In this document: piece by piece, positions 35,335 through 39,461 of the stretch
Layout of the letters: every line of letters begins with the position of its first letter
Numbering within the stretch: the first letter of the stretch is position 1
Origin: Actinomycetes bacterium
GTDB taxonomy: Bacteria; Actinomycetota; Actinomycetes; Propionibacteriales; Nocardioidaceae
Assembly: GCA_023252095.1 (NCBI GenBank)
Contig: JAHEXN010000002.1
Span: forward strand, 1-39,461
Length of the DNA stretch: 39,461 nucleotides
Direction: 5' to 3'
Notes under the pieces: generated by a model
What the model was told of the DNA's origin: nothing
Databases searched by the model: none
Seen by the model: the letters and a program-made list of their open reading frames with translations, nothing else
Made by a program: the position numbers and the translations under genes

Positions 35335-36552
35335 TCAGGCGCGCGTGCCGAACTCCGCGGTCGCAACGGTCCAGGCACGCGCCTGCTCGCTCAGCGTGAA
35401 GCCGAGGCCCGGGCGGTCCGAGACCCACATGCGGCCGTCGCGCGTCTCGAGGCTCTCGTTGAAGAGCGGGTCGAGCCAGTCGAAATGCTCGACCCAGGGC
35501 TCGATCGAGTACGCCGCGGCGAGGTGGACGTGGATCTCCATCGCGAAGTGCGGCGCGAGCTCGAGCTGCTTGGACTCCATGATCGTCGTCAGCTTGAGGA
35601 ACTGCGTGATGCCGCCGATGCGCGGGGCGTCGGGCTGCACGATGTCCTGGGCGCCGACCTCGATCAGGTGGAGGTGCTCGGCGACGCTCGCGAGCATCTC
35701 GCCCGTCGCGATCGGGGTGTCGAGCGAGCGACGCAGCTCGGCGTGGCCCTCGGCGTCGTACGCGTCGAGGGGCTCCTCGATCCAGACGAGGTTGAAGTCC
35801 TCGAAGATCCGGCCCATGCGCATCGCGGTGGCGCGGTCCCACTGCTGGTTGGCGTCGACCATGAGCGGCACGTCGGCGTCGAGGAACTCGCGCACGGCTG
35901 TCACCCGGGCGACGTCGGTGCGCCAGTCGGGCTGGCCGACCTTGAGCTTGATCGCGCCGATGCCGGCCTCGAGCGACGCGGCGGCGTTCTCCTTGACCTG
36001 CTCGATCGGCGTGTGGAGGAAGCCGCCCGAGGTGTTGTAGGTGCGGACGGAGTCGCGGTGCGAGCCGATCAGCTTGGCGAGCGGCAGGCCCGCGCGCTTC
36101 GACTTGAGGTCCCACAGGGCCACGTCGAACGCGGCGATGGCCTGCGTGGCCAGACCGCTGCGACCGACGGAGGCCCCGGCCCAGCTGAGCTTGACCCACA
36201 GCTTGGCGATGTCGCTCGGGTCCTCGCCGATCAGGACGTCACCGATCTCCTTCGCGTGCGCGAACTGGCCGGGGCCGCCTGCACGCTTGGAGTACGAGAA
36301 GCCGACGCCCTCGTGGCCGCCCTCGGTCTGGATCTCCACGACGAGGAACACGACCTCGGTCATGGGCTTCTGGCGGCCGGTCAGGACCTTCGCGTCGCTG
36401 ATCGGGGTCGCCAGTGGCAGCACGACCGACGACAGCTTGATGTGGGCGATGCGGTCGACCGTGGCGGGGCCCGCGGACGCGGCCAGGATCGCTGCGTCGG
36501 GGCCCGAGAGGGCGCTGGTGGTGGAGGTCGTGCTTGAGGCGGTCACGGTCAT
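35335..36552 (-). CDS. L-talarate/galactarate dehydratase (mandelate racemase subgroup)
   Basis: ISDAKVLTGRQKP, GFSYSKRAGG, YNTSGGFL, KLKVG, MVDANQQW, WIEEP, ATGE, PHFAMEIH, VEHFDW. Confidence 0.85.
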   Translation of the reverse strand: MTVTASSTTSTTSALSGPDAAILAASAGPATVDRIAHIKLSSVVLPLATPISDAKVLTGRQKPMTEVVFLVVEIQTEGGHEGVGFSYSKRAGGPGQFAHAKEIGDVLIGEDPSDIAKLWVKLSWAGASVGRSGLATQAIAAFDVALWDLKSKRAGLPLAKLIGSHRDSVRTYNTSGGFLHTPIEQVKENAAASLEAGIGAIKLKVGQPDWRTDVARVTAVREFLDADVPLMVDANQQWDRATAMRMGRIFEDFNLVWIEEPLDAYDAEGHAELRRSLDTPIATGEMLASVAEHLHLIEVGAQDIVQPDAPRIGGITQFLKLTTIMESKQLELAPHFAMEIHVHLAAAYSIEPWVEHFDWLDPLFNESLETRDGRMWVSDRPGLGFTLSEQARAWTVATAEFGTRA

Positions 36553-36553
36553 G

Positions 36554-38101
36554 TCACTCCTGGTTCGGGGCCGGCTCGAGGCGGCCGTCGACGGTGCGCG
36601 GGACGCTGAAGGGGTTCTCGTCGCGCAGCTCGGTGGGCAGGAGCGCCGCAGGCACGTCCTGGTAGGCGACGGGGCGCAGGAAGCGCTCGATCGCGCGGCT
36701 GCCGACCGACGTGGTGGCCGGGGCCGAGGTGGCGGGGAAGGGACCGCCGTGGACCATCGTGTGGCCGACGTCGACGCCCGTGGGCCAGCCGTTGACCAGC
36801 AGGCGGCCGGCGACGAGCTCGAGCTCGCCGAGCAGGTCGCGCGCCAGGTCATCGTCGCCCTCGCCGAGGTGGATCGTCGCGGTCAGCTGGCCCTCGAGCC
36901 CCTCGGCGAGGTGCGGCAGGCGACTCGTGTCCGAGACGCGCACCACGAGCGCAGCCGGGCCGAACATCTCGTCGTGCAGCGTGGGGTTCGCCGCGAAGAC
37001 CTCGTCGGTCGTCTCGAACAGGCGCGGCGTCGACGACACGGCGACCTCGCCGGGAGCCTGACCCGCGCCGACCTGGGTGACGCCGTCGATGCCGCCCGTG
37101 CGGGACGTCGCGGAGTCGAAGGCGCCCGCGATGCCGGCGGTCAGCATGGGACCAGCGGCCACGTCGGCGAGAGCGTCGCTCGCGACCTTCACGAACTCGT
37201 CGGCACCCGCGCCGTCGGCCACGAACACCAGGCCGGGCTTGGTGCACAGCTGGCCGGCACTGCCGGTCAGCGAGCCAACGAAGCCGCGGGCGACATCGGC
37301 CGCGCGCTCGTCGAGGGCGCCCGGCAGCAGGAACACGGGGTTGACCGCCGACATTTCGGCATAGACCGGGATCGGCACGGGGCGGGCCTGAGCCGCCGCG
37401 ACGAGTGCGAGTCCGCCGCCGCGCGAGCCGGTGAAGCCGACGGCCTTGATGCGCGGATCGGTCACGAGTGCGGTGCCGAGCTCGTGCGTCGTGCCCTGCA
37501 GCAGCGAGAAAACGCCCTCGGGCAGGCCGTGCTCGGCCACGGCCGCGCGGATGGCTCGACCGACGATCTCGGACGTGCCGGGATGCGCGGGGTGGCCCTT
37601 GACGACGACGGGACAGCCCGCGGCGAAGGCCGAGGCGGTGTCGCCGCCCGCGACCGAGAAGGCGAGCGGGAAGTTGCTGGCGCCGAACACCGCGACGGGG
37701 CCGATCGGCACGGCACGCTGGCGCAGGTCCGGGCGGGGGAGTGGCGCGCGGTCCGGCAGGGCCGGGTCGATGCGCACGTCGCGCCAGGCGCCGTCGCGCA
37801 CGACGTCCGCGAACATGCGCAGCTGGCCGACCGTGCGGCCGGTCTCGCCCTGCACCCGACCCAGGGGCAGGCCGGTCTCGGCCTGGACGGTGGGCCACAG
37901 CTCCTCGGTCGAGGCCTCGATGTTCGCGGCGACGCTCTCCAGGAAAGCGGCGCGCACGTTCGGGGTCGTCGCCCGGAAGGCGGGGAACGCCTCCGCGGCG
38001 AGCCGGGCGGCCGTGTCGACCTCGGCCGGGCCGTGCTCGGGGAACTCGGGGCCGACGGGCTCGCCCGTCGCGGGGTTGAACGCGGTGAACGTGCTGCTCA
38101 T
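36554..38101 (-). CDS. NADP-dependent aldehyde dehydrogenase, probable alpha-ketoglutaric semialdehyde dehydrogenase
   Basis: FGASNFPLAFS, FTGSRGGG, AEM, GQLCTKPG, EMFGP, HGGPFPATS; pathway context. Confidence 0.85.
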   Translation of the reverse strand: MSSTFTAFNPATGEPVGPEFPEHGPAEVDTAARLAAEAFPAFRATTPNVRAAFLESVAANIEASTEELWPTVQAETGLPLGRVQGETGRTVGQLRMFADVVRDGAWRDVRIDPALPDRAPLPRPDLRQRAVPIGPVAVFGASNFPLAFSVAGGDTASAFAAGCPVVVKGHPAHPGTSEIVGRAIRAAVAEHGLPEGVFSLLQGTTHELGTALVTDPRIKAVGFTGSRGGGLALVAAAQARPVPIPVYAEMSAVNPVFLLPGALDERAADVARGFVGSLTGSAGQLCTKPGLVFVADGAGADEFVKVASDALADVAAGPMLTAGIAGAFDSATSRTGGIDGVTQVGAGQAPGEVAVSSTPRLFETTDEVFAANPTLHDEMFGPAALVVRVSDTSRLPHLAEGLEGQLTATIHLGEGDDDLARDLLGELELVAGRLLVNGWPTGVDVGHTMVHGGPFPATSAPATTSVGSRAIERFLRPVAYQDVPAALLPTELRDENPFSVPRTVDGRLEPAPNQE

Positions 38102-38105
38102 GAGG

Positions 38106-39020
38106 TCAGGACACCTTCTTGACGAGGTCGGTGAGCTCGGCCAGCTGGCTCGGGGACAGGTCGGTGACGGGCGGACGGACCGGACCGGCCGTGCGACCGA
38201 TCGCCGTCATGCCCGCCTTGACGATGCTGACGGCGTAGCCCGCGCCCTGGTTGCGCAGGTTGCAGTACGGGATCACGAAGTCGTTGAGCGCCGTGCGGAC
38301 GTGGGCGGTGTCGTTCGAGCGTACGGCGGCGTAGAAGTCGAGGGCGAACTCCGGCACGAAGTTGAAGATCGCCGAGGAGTAGGTCGTGAGGCCCAGGCTC
38401 AGGTACGGCAGCGCGAACATTTCAGCGGTCGGCAGGCCACCGACGTAGAGGAGGCGGTCACCGATCTGCGAGTAGATCCGCGTCATCTGGTCGACGTCGC
38501 CGGCGCCGTCTTTGAAGCCGACCAGGTTCGGGCACGCCTCGACCAGGCGCGCGACCGTAACGTCGCTGTAGATCGCGTTGGCGCCGTTGTAGATGATGAC
38601 GCCCAGCGAGGTCGCGTCGCACACGGCCTTGACGTGCTGGAACAGACCCTCCTGGCCGGCCTCGGTCAGGTACGGCGGGAACAGCAGGATGCCCGCGGCG
38701 CCGACCTCCTCGGCGGCCTTGGCCAGCTCGATCGCGGTGCGGGTGCCGTAGCCGGCGGGGGCCAGCACGGGTGTGCCCTCCGGGGCGCTCTGCACGGCGG
38801 CAGCGACGACCTGCACGACCTCGGGGATCGTGAGGGAGAAGAACTCGCCCGTGCCGCCTGCGGCGAAGAGGCCCTAGGCGTCGTACTGGCCGAGCCACTC
38901 GATGTTCTCGCGGTACGCGGCCTCGTCGACCTCGAGGTCGGCGTTGAAGTGCGTGACGGGGAACGAGAGCAGTCCTCGCCCGAGGTGGGCGGCGAGCTCG
39001 GTGGGCGACTGCGTGGTCAT
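38106..39020 (-). pseudogene. kdgD: 5-dehydro-4-deoxyglucarate dehydratase with in-frame TAG at codon 49 (38876-38874)
   Basis: [10 protein letters not shown]...[22 protein letters not shown], then intact [37 protein letters not shown]; GGAGGAG SD before ATG 39020. Confidence 0.85.
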
Positions 39021-39051
39021 GGGTCTCCTCCAGGTGTGGCGTTCCCCACAG

Positions 39052-39118
39052 ACCCTAGGAAGCCGATTGATCCACGTCCAACACTCTTCCTGGATGGATT
39101 GATGCTCTCAGGGTATTG
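39052..39118 (-). promoter_or_regulatory. kdgD promoter: LysR box (39100-39118), N18, TTGGAC, N18, TAGGGT
   Basis: tgatgc tctcagg gtattg with the same spacings as the gudD and tctC promoters. Confidence 0.7.
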
Positions 39119-39163
39119 GTAGTGGGGAACGACTGGTCGGTTCGTCCGCACTACGCTGGGGTG

Positions 39164-39461
39164 GTGCTCGAGGGGACCGGAGGCGACGCGACCTCGCTTG
39201 AGCGTCGGCTTCTCGCGTGGGCCCGGACCCGCCTCGAGACGATGCCGTCGACGGGCTGGCGGGGCCGGCTCGTGGAGCTCGTGGTCTTCGGGATCAAGCA
39301 GGCCTGGGCGTGCGTGTTCGGGGCTCTGCTGCTGCTCGTGCTCGTCGTCACGGCGCTCACGTGGCCCGACGACGCCGCGCTCCACCGCAACGACCTCCTG
39401 GTCCTGCTCGCCGTCGCCATCCAGGTCTTTATGGTGTTCGGGCGGCTCGAGACCGGACGCG
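39164..39461 (+). CDS. DUF817-like membrane protein (3' truncated by window edge; not in ORF track)
   Basis: ELVVFGIKQAWACVFG...RNDLL...IQVFMV..RLET; GTG start 6 nt after TACGCT. Confidence 0.72.
   Translation, partial: MLEGTGGDATSLERRLLAWARTRLETMPSTGWRGRLVELVVFGIKQAWACVFGALLLLVLVVTALTWPDDAALHRNDLLVLLAVAIQVFMVFGRLETGR

Noticed and set aside
38874-38876. Pyrrolysine or programmed recoding of the kdgD TAG
   Set aside because: No pyl genes or suppressor tRNA in the window, and TAG serves as a normal stop in several neighbouring genes

Overview
High-GC actinobacterial chromosome window. Gene content and REP-like repeats suggest Nocardioidaceae (inference). About 41 CDSs; I saw no rRNA, tRNA, CRISPR array, prophage or transposase. 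Main blocks: (1) mycothiol-dependent formaldehyde/nitrosothiol detox pair (mscR plus an MBL hydrolase) directly behind an iron-siderophore ABC system with an IdeR/DtxR-type box; (2) a general-stress region with a SigB/SigF-family sigma factor, Ku-LigD NHEJ, PfpI, a YtxH-like/holin-X/DUF3618 trio and four small acidic or Pro-rich proteins; (3) helR with a rifamycin-associated element (RAE); (4) several regulator/target pairs (AraC-SDR, HxlR-thiolase, MarR-MFS); (5) a LysR-linked hexarate (glucarate/galactarate) catabolic cluster with a tripartite tricarboxylate transporter. Read directly from the sequence: six copies of a promoter-like motif DTGR-N13/14-GGGTAC in front of the stress and small-protein genes; an RAE that appears to act as a shared -35 for two back-to-back promoters, one leading straight into a tiny terminator hairpin; three identically spaced LysR-box/TTGGAC promoters; an in-frame TAG at codon 49 of kdgD; and a nested inverted-repeat/REP mosaic at about 34.9-35.3 kb.
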